Positions 18,915-28,529 of a DNA stretch of 64,000 bases are shown one piece after another. The notes under the pieces are model-generated. The model saw nothing but the letters and a program-made list of their open reading frames with translations, was not told where the DNA came from and did no database searches. The stretch comes from an uncultured Alphaproteobacteria bacterium (GTDB lineage: Bacteria; Pseudomonadota; Alphaproteobacteria; Rhizobiales; Beijerinckiaceae): positions 843,720 to 907,719 of the forward strand of contig CAVRWF010000001.1 in assembly GCA_963724845.1 (NCBI GenBank). Reading direction: 5' to 3'. Position 1 is the stretch's first letter; the number at the start of each line of letters is the position of its first letter. The translations under genes were made by a program, and so were the position numbers.

Positions 18915-20624
18915 ATGACTTTAGTTGGTTGGGCTCAGATTGCCCTTATCCTTCTCGCTGTGCTCGCTGCTGCGCTTCCGCTGAGCGCTTATATTGCTCG
19001 CGTGCTTGCAGGCGAGCGTACTATGCTGTCGCCGGTTCTCGCGCCGGTTGAGCGCGTTTTCTACAGGCTGTCCGGGGTCGATCCGGCGCGCGAGCAAAGC
19101 TGGTTCGTCTATACGATGGCCATGCTCGCCTTCAGCATTGTCGGGTTTGGTTCGCTTTACGCGCTGCAGCGATTCCAGAATGTGCTGCCGCTCAATCCAC
19201 AAGGCTTCGACCCGGTTCCGGCCGATTTGGCGTTTAATACGTCGATGAGCTTCATCACCAACACAAACTGGCAGAACTACAGCGGCGAGACGACCATGAG
19301 TCATCTCACGCAGATGCTGGGACTGACGGTTCATAACTTCGTTTCCGCGGCGACGGGGCTCGCCATGGCCTTCGCGCTGGTGCGAGGATTTTCCCGCGCA
19401 GAGTCGCCGACGGTCGGAAATTTCTGGGTCGATATGACCCGGGCGACGCTCTATGTGTTGCTGCCGATCTCGATCGTCGTCGCGCTCGCGCTCGTTGCGG
19501 CCGGAAGCCCGCAGACTTTCGCTGGTTCATTCGAAGCGACGACGCTCGAGGGCGCCAAGCAGGTGATCTCCATTGGCCCGGTGGCGAGCCAGGAGGCGAT
19601 CAAGGAGCTGGGCACCAATGGCGGCGGCTTTTTCAACGCCAATGCCGCGCATCCCTATGAGAACCCCAATGCCTTCACCAACATGCTGGAGATTTGGGCG
19701 CTGCTCGTTATCCCGTTCGCGTCAGTCTTCGCCTTTGGGCGCGCGGTCCTCGATTTTCGACAGGGACGGGCCATCGCCATCGCCATGAGCATCGTGCTCG
19801 TCGCCGGCGTTTCGGTCGCCTATTGGGCCGAGTCAAGCGGCAACCCGTTGCTGACGGCGATTGGCGTCGATCCTTCGCCCGGAAATATGGAAGGCAAGGA
19901 ATTACGCTTTGGTCCCGCCATGAGCGCGCTTTACGCCACGGCGACCACTGGCACCAGCACCGGGTCAGTGAACTCGATGCATGATTCATTCATGCCACTC
20001 GGCGGCCTCGTTCCGTTGTTCAACATGTTGCTCGGCTGCATCTCGCCCGGCGGCGTTGGCGCTGGCCTCTATGGCTTCCTCGTGCTTGCTGTCATCGCCG
20101 TCTTTGTCGCAGGACTGATGGTAGGACGCACTCCAGAATATCTTGGCAAAAAAATTGAAACACGTGAGATGAAACTCGCGATGCTGGCGGTGCTGATCTA
20201 TCCGCTCACCGTGCTCGGCTTCTCGGCCGCCTCTGTCCTCGTGAAATCGGCTCTCGACAGCCTGGGTAATTCCGGTCCGCACGGCCTGACCGAGATCCTC
20301 TATGCTTTCGCTTCTACAAACGCCAACAACGGCTCGGCCTTCGCGGGCCTGAGCGGCAACACGCCTTGGTATAATACGACGCTAGGGCTGGCGATGTTCC
20401 TGGGGCGTTTCGCCTATGTAGTTCCGGTGCTGGCGCTCGCAGGATCGTTCGCCGCGAAAAAGAAGGCTCCCGCCTCGGCCGGCACATTTCCGACGCACGG
20501 CCCGCTGTTCATTGGGCTGCTGCTAGGCGTCATCGTCATCCTCTACCTGCTGCAATATTTCCCGGCTCTCGCGCTCGGCCCGATAGTCGAACACTTTTTG
20601 CTGCAAGCCGGCAAAGTCTTCTGA
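18915..20624 (+). CDS. kdpA: Potassium-transporting ATPase subunit A
   Basis: 569-aa polytopic membrane protein with KdpA-wide similarity ([25 protein letters not shown] selectivity-filter-like segments). Confidence 0.95.
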   Translation: MTLVGWAQIALILLAVLAAALPLSAYIARVLAGERTMLSPVLAPVERVFYRLSGVDPAREQSWFVYTMAMLAFSIVGFGSLYALQRFQNVLPLNPQGFDPVPADLAFNTSMSFITNTNWQNYSGETTMSHLTQMLGLTVHNFVSAATGLAMAFALVRGFSRAESPTVGNFWVDMTRATLYVLLPISIVVALALVAAGSPQTFAGSFEATTLEGAKQVISIGPVASQEAIKELGTNGGGFFNANAAHPYENPNAFTNMLEIWALLVIPFASVFAFGRAVLDFRQGRAIAIAMSIVLVAGVSVAYWAESSGNPLLTAIGVDPSPGNMEGKELRFGPAMSALYATATTGTSTGSVNSMHDSFMPLGGLVPLFNMLLGCISPGGVGAGLYGFLVLAVIAVFVAGLMVGRTPEYLGKKIETREMKLAMLAVLIYPLTVLGFSAASVLVKSALDSLGNSGPHGLTEILYAFASTNANNGSAFAGLSGNTPWYNTTLGLAMFLGRFAYVVPVLALAGSFAAKKKAPASAGTFPTHGPLFIGLLLGVIVILYLLQYFPALALGPIVEHFLLQAGKVF

Positions 20625-20638
20625 ACGGAGTTTCGTCC

Positions 20639-22786
20639 ATGTCTCACAAAGTCGTCGCTCCCGGCCTCTTCGATGCGGCCATCATCAAACGCGCAGCGAT
20701 TGACGCGTTTCGAAAACTCGATCCACGGCGGCTGGCGCGCAATCCGGTGATCTTCGTCACTGAAGCGGTTTCAGCGGTTGTAACGATCCTTTTTATCCGT
20801 GATCTCGTCACGCATAACGGCGTTGCCCTGTTCTCTGGGCAGATTGCGGCGTGGCTCTGGTTCACGGTCTTGTTCGCGAATTTCGCGGAGGCGGTGGCCG
20901 AAGGCCGCGGCAAGGCGCAGGCTGATGCGCTGCGGAAGACACGCAGCGACACTCAGGCGAAGCGGCTTATCGATCCTGACAACAAGAGCGGGATGAAAGA
21001 TGTCGTCGAAGGCGTTTCTGCGCTCGATTTGAGGATTGGCGATATCGTCCTGGTCGAAGTTGGCGATCTGATCCCAGGCGACGGAGAAATCATTGAAGGC
21101 GTCGCCTCAGTCAACGAGTCTGCGATCACCGGCGAATCGGCTCCAGTCATTCGCGAAGCTGGCGGCGACCGCTCGGCCGTAACCGGTGGCACGACCGTTC
21201 TCTCCGATTGGATCAAGGTAAAAATCACGGCGGCCCCAGGTTCAACCTTCATCGATCGCATGATCGCGCTTGTCGAAGGCGCCGAGCGTCAGAAGACGCC
21301 GAATGAACTTGCGCTATCGATCCTGCTGTCGGGCCTTACCATTATCTTCTTGATCGTCTGCGTGACGCTCTGGCCGCTGGCGGGCTATTCGGGAACCGTG
21401 CTTTCGGTTACGGTGCTGATCGCATTGCTGGTCTGCCTTATCCCCACGACGATTGGCGGGCTTTTGTCGGCGATCGGCATCGCCGGCATGGATCGTCTGA
21501 TCCGCTTCAATGTCATCGCCACCTCGGGCCGCGCCGTTGAAGCCGCAGGCGACGTGGATACGCTTCTGCTGGACAAGACCGGCACCGTTACTTTCGGCAA
21601 TCGCATGGCGGACCAATTCGTTCCGGTCGGCGGAATTCCGGAACATGTGCTCGCAGAAGCCGTCTTGTTGGCTTCGCTCGCCGACGAGACGCCGGAAGGT
21701 CGTTCCATTGTCGCGTTGGCGAAGAGCCGTTATGGATTGCCGGCGCCCGACCTCGGTGATGCGCGGATCGTCCCGTTTTCGGCTCACACGCGCATTTCCG
21801 GAGTCGACCTCCCTGGCCGGTCGTTGCGCAAAGGCGCCGTTGACGCGATGTTGACGTTGGCTGGATCTGCTTATGGCTCCGCTTCAAAGGCTGGAGGCGG
21901 CTTTCCGGAATCTGTCGCCTCGCAGACGGTCGACGCTTTAGTGGCGCAACGACCTTTGATTGCTGACCGCAGCGCTGATGAACTTAATCGGGTGGTTGAT
22001 CGTATCTCGCGGTCCGGCGGTACGCCGCTCGCGGTGTCGGAAAATGGGCGCCTGCTCGGCGTCGTCCATTTGAAGGATATCATCAAGCCCGACATCAAGT
22101 CGCGCTTTGCGGAACTGCGGGCCATGGGAATCAAGACCGTGATGGTGACGGGCGACAACCCAATCACCGCAGCCGCGATCGCGTCAGAGGCTGGAGTCGA
22201 TGATTTTATCGCGCAGGCGACGCCGGAGGACAAGCTGACATACATTCGCAGGGAACAGCAGGGCGGCCGTCTAATCGCCATGTGTGGCGACGGCACGAAT
22301 GACGCGCCGGCTTTGGCGCAAGCCGATGTTGGCGTCGCCATGCAGACGGGCACACAGGCTGCGCGAGAAGCTGGTAATATGGTCGATCTGGACTCTGATC
22401 CGACCAAGCTGATCGAGATTGTAGCTATCGGCAAGCAATTGTTGATGACCCGTGGTTCGCTTACCACTTTCTCGATCGCCAATGACGTAGCAAAGTACTT
22501 TGCGATCATCCCAGCGTTGTTCGTCGTGACTTATCCAGAACTTGAGGCGATTAACGTGATGAAGCTGGCGTCGCCGCAGTCGGCGATTCTTTCCGCGGTC
22601 ATCTTCAACGCGCTGATTATCATTGCGTTGATTCCCTTGGCGTTGAAGGGTGTCGCCTATAGACCCGTTGGCGCCGCCGCCCTGTTGCGTCGCAATCTGC
22701 TGATCTACGGTTTAGGCGGCATCGTCGTACCGTTCGTTGGCATAAAATTCATCGATCTCGTCGTCTCGGCTTTGCATCTGGCTTGA
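20639..22786 (+). CDS. kdpB: Potassium-transporting P-type ATPase subunit B
   Basis: P-type ATPase motifs DKTGT(V)T, TGDN and GDGTNDAP. 715 aa, longer than the roughly 680 aa I remember for E. coli KdpB. Confidence 0.95.
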   Translation: MSHKVVAPGLFDAAIIKRAAIDAFRKLDPRRLARNPVIFVTEAVSAVVTILFIRDLVTHNGVALFSGQIAAWLWFTVLFANFAEAVAEGRGKAQADALRKTRSDTQAKRLIDPDNKSGMKDVVEGVSALDLRIGDIVLVEVGDLIPGDGEIIEGVASVNESAITGESAPVIREAGGDRSAVTGGTTVLSDWIKVKITAAPGSTFIDRMIALVEGAERQKTPNELALSILLSGLTIIFLIVCVTLWPLAGYSGTVLSVTVLIALLVCLIPTTIGGLLSAIGIAGMDRLIRFNVIATSGRAVEAAGDVDTLLLDKTGTVTFGNRMADQFVPVGGIPEHVLAEAVLLASLADETPEGRSIVALAKSRYGLPAPDLGDARIVPFSAHTRISGVDLPGRSLRKGAVDAMLTLAGSAYGSASKAGGGFPESVASQTVDALVAQRPLIADRSADELNRVVDRISRSGGTPLAVSENGRLLGVVHLKDIIKPDIKSRFAELRAMGIKTVMVTGDNPITAAAIASEAGVDDFIAQATPEDKLTYIRREQQGGRLIAMCGDGTNDAPALAQADVGVAMQTGTQAAREAGNMVDLDSDPTKLIEIVAIGKQLLMTRGSLTTFSIANDVAKYFAIIPALFVVTYPELEAINVMKLASPQSAILSAVIFNALIIIALIPLALKGVAYRPVGAAALLRRNLLIYGLGGIVVPFVGIKFIDLVVSALHLA

Positions 22787-22796
22787 GGAGTCCGTC

Positions 22797-23396
22797 ATGT
22801 TGGCTCAACTGCGTTCCGCGATCGTGATGATCGCATTGTTCACTGCTTTAACCGGTCTCGCTTACCCTTTGGCGATTACCGGCATCGCTCAGCTCGCTTT
22901 CTCTGGCAAGGCCAATGGCAGTGTCATAGAACGTGATGGCAAAATCGTCGGATCCACATTGATCGGCCAGAACTTCACGACTGATCGCTATTTTCATGGC
23001 CGCCCGTCGGCGACCAGCACGCCCGATCCCGCGGACTCCACCAAGACTATTGATGCGCCCTATAACGCAGCGAATTCGTCCGGCTCCAATCTCGGCCCAA
23101 CGTCACAAAAGTTGGTCGATCGCGTGAATAGCGCCATCGAGGCGGAATTCGCGACGGGACGGGTAGACATCGTGGCGGCCAACGCGGTCACGACTTCCGC
23201 CTCCGGTCTCGATCCGCACATTTCGCCTCAATTTGCATTGGCTCAGGTTCCGGCCATCGCCGCGGCGCGCGGCTTGAACGAGGGCCGGCTTCGCTCTCTG
23301 GTGGAGGCTCGTGTCGAGCAGCGCTTCGCCGGATTCATCGGGGAGCCACGCGTGAATGTCCTTTTACTCAATCTTGACCTGGACGCCTTGCAATAG
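22797..23396 (+). CDS. kdpC: Potassium-transporting ATPase subunit C
   Basis: 199 aa with an N-terminal TM and KdpC-like NSSGSNLGPTS and SASGLDPHISP motifs. Confidence 0.9.
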   Translation: MLAQLRSAIVMIALFTALTGLAYPLAITGIAQLAFSGKANGSVIERDGKIVGSTLIGQNFTTDRYFHGRPSATSTPDPADSTKTIDAPYNAANSSGSNLGPTSQKLVDRVNSAIEAEFATGRVDIVAANAVTTSASGLDPHISPQFALAQVPAIAAARGLNEGRLRSLVEARVEQRFAGFIGEPRVNVLLLNLDLDALQ

Positions 23397-23489
23397 TCGA
23401 ACGACTGCGATGCGCCGGGATCCGCGCTTAGAGCGCGGGTCCTGGAGTTGAGTTCTTGACGCAAACCGGCAGAAAAGGTGGAGGAAGTG

Positions 23490-23684
23490 ATGACCGGCCT
23501 CGCGTTAGTCAAAGTGCTTCTCTTGTCTCTGATGATGGTAGGTCTCGCACGACTGTTTGTGGTTGTCTTTTTGGGCGACTCCCGAGTTGGTCCGGCGATC
23601 AGCCGCATCAAGCGACGACCCAAAGTCTCGTCGGCCGCTCACGTCGAGATCGGGAAGCTGGCAATGCGCGACCTAAATCAGTGA
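23490..23684 (+). CDS. Candidate small membrane protein (64 aa)
   Basis: The ATG at 23490 is preceded by GGTGGAGGAAGTG. It has an N-terminal hydrophobic span and a basic tail. No family recognised. Confidence 0.3.
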   Translation: MTGLALVKVLLLSLMMVGLARLFVVVFLGDSRVGPAISRIKRRPKVSSAAHVEIGKLAMRDLNQ

Positions 23685-24127
23685 ACTAAATGGCGGTGGA
23701 GCCGCGTGGTCACGCAACCGAGATAGATCGATGTCTCGAATGGGTCGGCGCTAAACACGGATTCTTCTCGCGCTGGCGCTGAATGCAGCTTTGACGTCGG
23801 GAAACACATCGGACCAACTGCAACTCATCAAAGATAATTGGATGATGGCGTCGGGGCGGACCTACTTCAGTCTTAAACGAGCAGCGCTAAATGCACTATG
23901 GCGTTGATGCATGCATCAGAAGCTGAGCAGAAGGAAGCGACCGTTTCAAACCCAATTTGTTCTCAGGGAAGTCTTCCACGTTTAACAATTGGCAAAAAGG
24001 CATAGTGGATTAGCACTCGGAGGCTCAAGCTGCGCAACAGCACATGGCCTTCGTGCGCCAGCGTAGCTGCGGAGGAAGGCAGTTGATTGCGAATATGCTA
24101 GCTCCCTGGGGATCGCGCGTCGATCAG

Positions 24128-25756
24128 ATGTTTCCCGTCCTCCAAGCGTCGGAAATAGCGCGAATGCGAAGATTTGGCGCGATCTGCCACTACCCCGATA
24201 GAACGCGGATAGCCGAAACCGGAAAGGCTGGTCCAGGCATGATCGTGGTCATAGGAGGCCAGATCGCTGTCACGCAACACGACGGACTGGGTCATATCAA
24301 CCCTGTGATCGACCACGGCCCGGGCGGGTTTTTTGGAGAGGTAGGACAACTTTCCGGGCGCCCATCGTTCGTTGACGCCCATGCTGAAGGTGACGTCGAA
24401 GGACTCGTTATCTCTCCGGAAAGGTTGCGGAGTATGCTTGTCGCAGAGGCGGATCTTGGCGAGCGCGTAATGCGAGCCCTGATTTTGCGGCGAGTGGCGT
24501 TGCTCCAGAGCGAAATAGGTGGTCCGCTCTTAATCGGCGCCGCCACAAACCCGGACGTAATGCGGTTGCAAGCCTTTCTTTCGCGCAATGGATACCCGCA
24601 TCACCTTGTCGACCCGGCTTTGGATCCTGAGGCTGCATCTTTTATCACCGTCTCCTCGATGAAGCTGCGCGGTCTGCCCTGGGTGGTTTGTGCAGATAGT
24701 TCTGTATTGTATAACCCCACCGAAGCGCAGCTTGCCCGCGCAATCGGCATGGTCGGATCGCGTCCAACCGGGATGCATTACGATGTAGCTGTCGTTGGCG
24801 CCGGGCCAGCGGGACTCGCGACGGCAGTTTATTCAGCGTCCGAAGGGTTGTCTGTTGCGGTTTTCGACGCTTGGGCATTTGGCGGTCAGGCCGGCGCCAG
24901 CGCCCGAATTGAGAATTACCTCGGCTTTCCAACTGGGATCTCGGGACAAGCCCTGGCCGGACGCGCCTTCGTTCAGGCACAAAAGTTCGGAGCCGACATT
25001 ACAATTCCCGCCGAAGTGAAAAATCTGCAGTGTCACGGAGCGGACGGCTTGTTCGAACTTAAGCTCGACAGCGGCGAATGCGTAACTGCCCGTTCGATCA
25101 TTATTGCGACCGGTGCGCATTACAGACGCCCATCTGTCCCGGACCTCAAGGCCTATGAAGGCAAGGGAGTTTGGTACTGGGCATCGCCGATCGAAGCCAA
25201 GTTTTGTGCAGGGGAAGACGTAATCGTCGTCGGAGGCGGCAACTCGGCCGCGCAGGCAGCGGTGTTTCTCTCCAAAGTCGCGGCCAGGGTTCTGATGTTG
25301 GTGCGCGGGCGCGGTTTGTCGGAAACTATGTCGCAATACCTTATAGACCGCATCGCCGCTGCGCCCAATATCGTTCTGCATACCAGCACGGAACTGGTCG
25401 CTCTTGGAGGGAGCGTCGAGCGTGGGCTGGAGCGAGTGAGATGGCGCAACCACAACAGCGGTATTGAGGAGGAGGAGAACATTCGGAACGTCTTCCTATT
25501 TATAGGCGCCGATCCCGCAACAGCTTGGCTTTCAGGTTGTGGGGTTGGTCTTGACGGCGCGGGTTTTGTGAAGACGGGCGGAGACGAAAATCCCGCGCAC
25601 AATGCACTCGAGACTAACATCCCCGGAATCTTCGCAGTCGGCGATGTTAGATGCGGGTCAGTCAAACGGGTGGGCAGCGCGATTGGCGAGGGTGCTCAAG
25701 TCGTTGCTGAGCTCCATGCATATCTATCCCGGTCTGATCAATCTAGTGCTTCATGA
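24128..25756 (+). CDS. Cyclic-nucleotide-binding-domain protein fused to a thioredoxin-reductase-like FAD/NAD(P) oxidoreductase
   Basis: The N-terminal cNMP-binding-like segment is GGFFGEVGQLSGRPS. The C-terminal half has VVGAGPAGLATAVY, VVGGGNSAAQAA and GIFAVGDVR dinucleotide-binding motifs. Confidence 0.8.
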   Translation: MFPVLQASEIARMRRFGAICHYPDRTRIAETGKAGPGMIVVIGGQIAVTQHDGLGHINPVIDHGPGGFFGEVGQLSGRPSFVDAHAEGDVEGLVISPERLRSMLVAEADLGERVMRALILRRVALLQSEIGGPLLIGAATNPDVMRLQAFLSRNGYPHHLVDPALDPEAASFITVSSMKLRGLPWVVCADSSVLYNPTEAQLARAIGMVGSRPTGMHYDVAVVGAGPAGLATAVYSASEGLSVAVFDAWAFGGQAGASARIENYLGFPTGISGQALAGRAFVQAQKFGADITIPAEVKNLQCHGADGLFELKLDSGECVTARSIIIATGAHYRRPSVPDLKAYEGKGVWYWASPIEAKFCAGEDVIVVGGGNSAAQAAVFLSKVAARVLMLVRGRGLSETMSQYLIDRIAAAPNIVLHTSTELVALGGSVERGLERVRWRNHNSGIEEEENIRNVFLFIGADPATAWLSGCGVGLDGAGFVKTGGDENPAHNALETNIPGIFAVGDVRCGSVKRVGSAIGEGAQVVAELHAYLSRSDQSSAS

Positions 25757-25768
25757 AAGAGTTGGAAC

Positions 25769-26077
25769 ATGGCTGAACAATGCAGCCACATCTCCGAAAT
25801 CCGAGTTGTCACTCCGAGTGCGTTGGGATGTGAGGAATGTTTGAAGATCGGCAGCACGTGGGTTCACCTGCGCCTGTGCCGCACTTGTGGGCATGTGGGA
25901 TGTTGTGACGACTCGCCCAACAAGCACGCCACACGGCACTATAAAGCGACGGGACATCCAATTATCGAAGGCTATGATCCGCCGGAAGGTTGGGGCTGGT
26001 GCTACGTGGATAAAGTTTTCCTTGATCTTTCTGATCGCATGACGCCCCACGACGGACCCATCCCGCGTTATTATTGA
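25769..26077 (+). CDS. UBP-type zinc-finger domain protein
   Basis: CEECLKIGSTWVHLRLCRTCGHVGCCDDSPNKHATRHYKATGHP is the zf-UBP Cys/His pattern. It starts 12 nt after the reductase stop. Confidence 0.8.
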   Translation: MAEQCSHISEIRVVTPSALGCEECLKIGSTWVHLRLCRTCGHVGCCDDSPNKHATRHYKATGHPIIEGYDPPEGWGWCYVDKVFLDLSDRMTPHDGPIPRYY

Positions 26078-26155
26078 TCCAAATAACGTGTGCTTCTTCT
26101 TCACGTTCGATAGTGTTGCTGCCGCGTTAAGCTCATAAGCACGGAGAGAACGCTT

Positions 26156-28322
26156 GTGACGTTCAAGGTTCAGGTTGGACCGGCGCAGATCGCGATCCAT
26201 CAGGGACAGACCGTGTTGGTGACCGAACCCGACGGACAGGTGAACTCGCCCAGCAGACGCGGTTTATTTTTTCGCGATACAAGAATGATCAGCGCCTGGG
26301 CGATTTATGCCAATGGCGAGCCGTGGAATCTGCTGAATGGCGGGGCGGTCGCACATAATGCGGCGCGTATTTTCCTGACCAATCGTGCATTCATGAGCGA
26401 GGAGGGATCGATCGCGGAGCGTACTTTGGGTTTAATTATCAGCCGTCACATCGACGGCGGGATGCACGAGGACTTGGATGTCACCAATAACAGTCATACT
26501 TCCGTGCGCTTTAACCTAGAGATCGCGATCCGAGCCGATTTCGCCGACATTTTTGAGGTGAAGCAGGACCAAATCGTGCGACGCGGCCGCATCACCACGG
26601 CTTGGGCGCCATCCCGCCAGACGCTTCGCATCAGTTATCGCAACAGAGATTTCAGCCGTGAGATAATCGTTCACACAGGTGAGGGAGACGGCGAGCCAAC
26701 AGTGAACGCAAACGGTCGGTTGAGTTTCAATATTGTATTGGATGCGGGGCGAACGTGGCATCGTTGCCTTGTTTATAATCTCGTGGACTGCTCGAAACGC
26801 ATTCAGGCGCCACGCGGATGCATTCATTCGAGTCACGCATCTGATCACGCCCGCAATATGGAAGAGTGGCAGAGAAAGAGTACTCAAGATATTCAGCAGC
26901 AACGAGGAATTTTATCGTTGCTACGATCAGGGGGTGCGGGACATAGCCGCCTTGAGACTGCCGCTCAAAGGTACAGATCATATGGTGTTCGTGCCTGCCG
27001 CCGGGCTGCCGTGGTTTGTGGCGTTGTTTGGTCGTGACACACTGATAGCCTCGCTGCAGACGATGATTGTCTACCCTGAATTCGCGGCCGGAACTCTCGA
27101 GGTGCTGGGGCAGTATCAAGCAACGGAGCTTGACGACTACCGCGACGCCGAGCCCGGCAAAATTCTGCACGAGCTGCGCTACGGAGAACTAGCGCATTTC
27201 AAGTTGATTCCACACACGCCATACTATGGCACCGCGGATGCAACGCCTCTGTATCTGGTGGCGCTGCACGCCGCATGGCGTGCGACGGGAGATCAAGGGC
27301 TTATAGAGCGGCATTTGCCGAACGCGGAGGCTTGCCTCAGTTGGATCGACAAATATGGCGATCGCGATGGAGACGGTTTCCAGGAATATGAGACCCGCTC
27401 GACCGCCGGTTACGAGAACATGGCGTGGAAGGATTCCGGTGACGCGGTGATGTATGCCGATGGCGCGCTCGTCAAGGGGCCTAAGGCGCTATGTGAGCTC
27501 CAGGGCTATGTTTATGACGCGTGGCTTCGCATGGCCGACATCTACGATGAGTTAGGAAACAAGCGCCGCGCCAACGCCTTGCGTAAAAAGGCCGCGGCGC
27601 TCTTTGAGAAATTCAATGACGTTTTCTGGGACGAGGAGGCTGGTTTCTACGCCTATGCATTGGATGGGGAAAAGAAAAAGGTGTTGTCGGTGACTTCGAA
27701 TGTCGGCCAATGCCTTTGGTCTGGAATCATCGATCCGAAGCGCGCAGCAAAGGTGGTGAATCGCTTGATGCGCAACGACATGTGGAGCGGGTGGGGGATC
27801 CGAACCCTTTCGGCTGACCATCCCTCTTTCAATCCGTATAACTACCAGACCGGAGCGGTGTGGCCACACGATAACTCGCTCATTGCGCTCGGCATGCGGC
27901 GCTACGGGTTTGCGACCGAGGCTGCTGCGGTAGCCCGGGACATCAGCGGAGCCGCGAGCCATTTCTTGCTGAACCAGCTTCCGGAGCTTTACGCCGGCCT
28001 GCAACGTGATCCCTTAAGTTTTCCGGTGCAGTATCTGGGAGCAAATGTTCCGCAAGCCTGGGCGGCCGGGACACCGTTCATGCTCTTGCAAACCTTGCTT
28101 GGACTACAGCAAGATGCGCCACGCGGTAAGCTCTACGTTGATCCTGCGCTGCCCGACTGGCTGCCCGATGTGACATTGACAGATTTCCGGCTTGGCCGGC
28201 GACGCTTCGATATCAGCTTCTGGCGCGAGGGCAAGGACACGCTCTTCAGGGTTCTGAAAGGTGAACGCGGCGCGGTGGAGCGAATGAGCATCGCTCAATT
28301 CCGCTGCAAACCAGGATTGTAA
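26156..28322 (+). pseudogene. Glycogen-debranching-type protein (GDE N-terminal domain plus amylo-alpha-1,6-glucosidase (alpha/alpha)6 domain) split by an apparent frameshift near 26870-26897
   Basis: Track ORF 26156-27037 carries the N-terminal domain up to ...NMEEWQRK. Track ORF 26733-28322, in another frame, carries ...IFSSNEEFYRCYDQGVRDIAALRL...AAGLPWFVALFGRD...EPGKILHE...YYGTADATPL...WKDS. In homologs these are contiguous in one roughly 720-aa protein. Confidence 0.75.
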
Positions 28323-28529
28323 CCAACGATCTAAACTGCGTCGCAGACGGCGCGCTTGCTGGTCAGAAGTCTGTGTAATGCAAAATGGCGATTCTCTTTC
28401 CGCAAGGATTGTCTTCTTCCGTCACTGCCGCAAATGGGATGTATCTCCGCCGCTCCTTTGCCGAGCGCGAGCTTGTGTTGAGCCTCGTTGGAAAGGCCAA
28501 GTCCTTCTAGATCCACAGAGGGGAAACCG

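Noticed and set aside
21871-22509. 212-aa ORF on the minus strand, plus several others within 20644-21887
   Set aside because: They lie inside kdpB on the opposite strand, and kdpB has unambiguous P-type ATPase motifs.
26733-27037. Interpretation as two separate overlapping genes (293 aa and 529 aa)
   Set aside because: The 5' part of the second ORF and the 3' part of the first ORF both read as non-conserved sequence. The conserved GDE N- and C-domains abut at about 26870-26897, so a frameshift in a single gene explains the data better.
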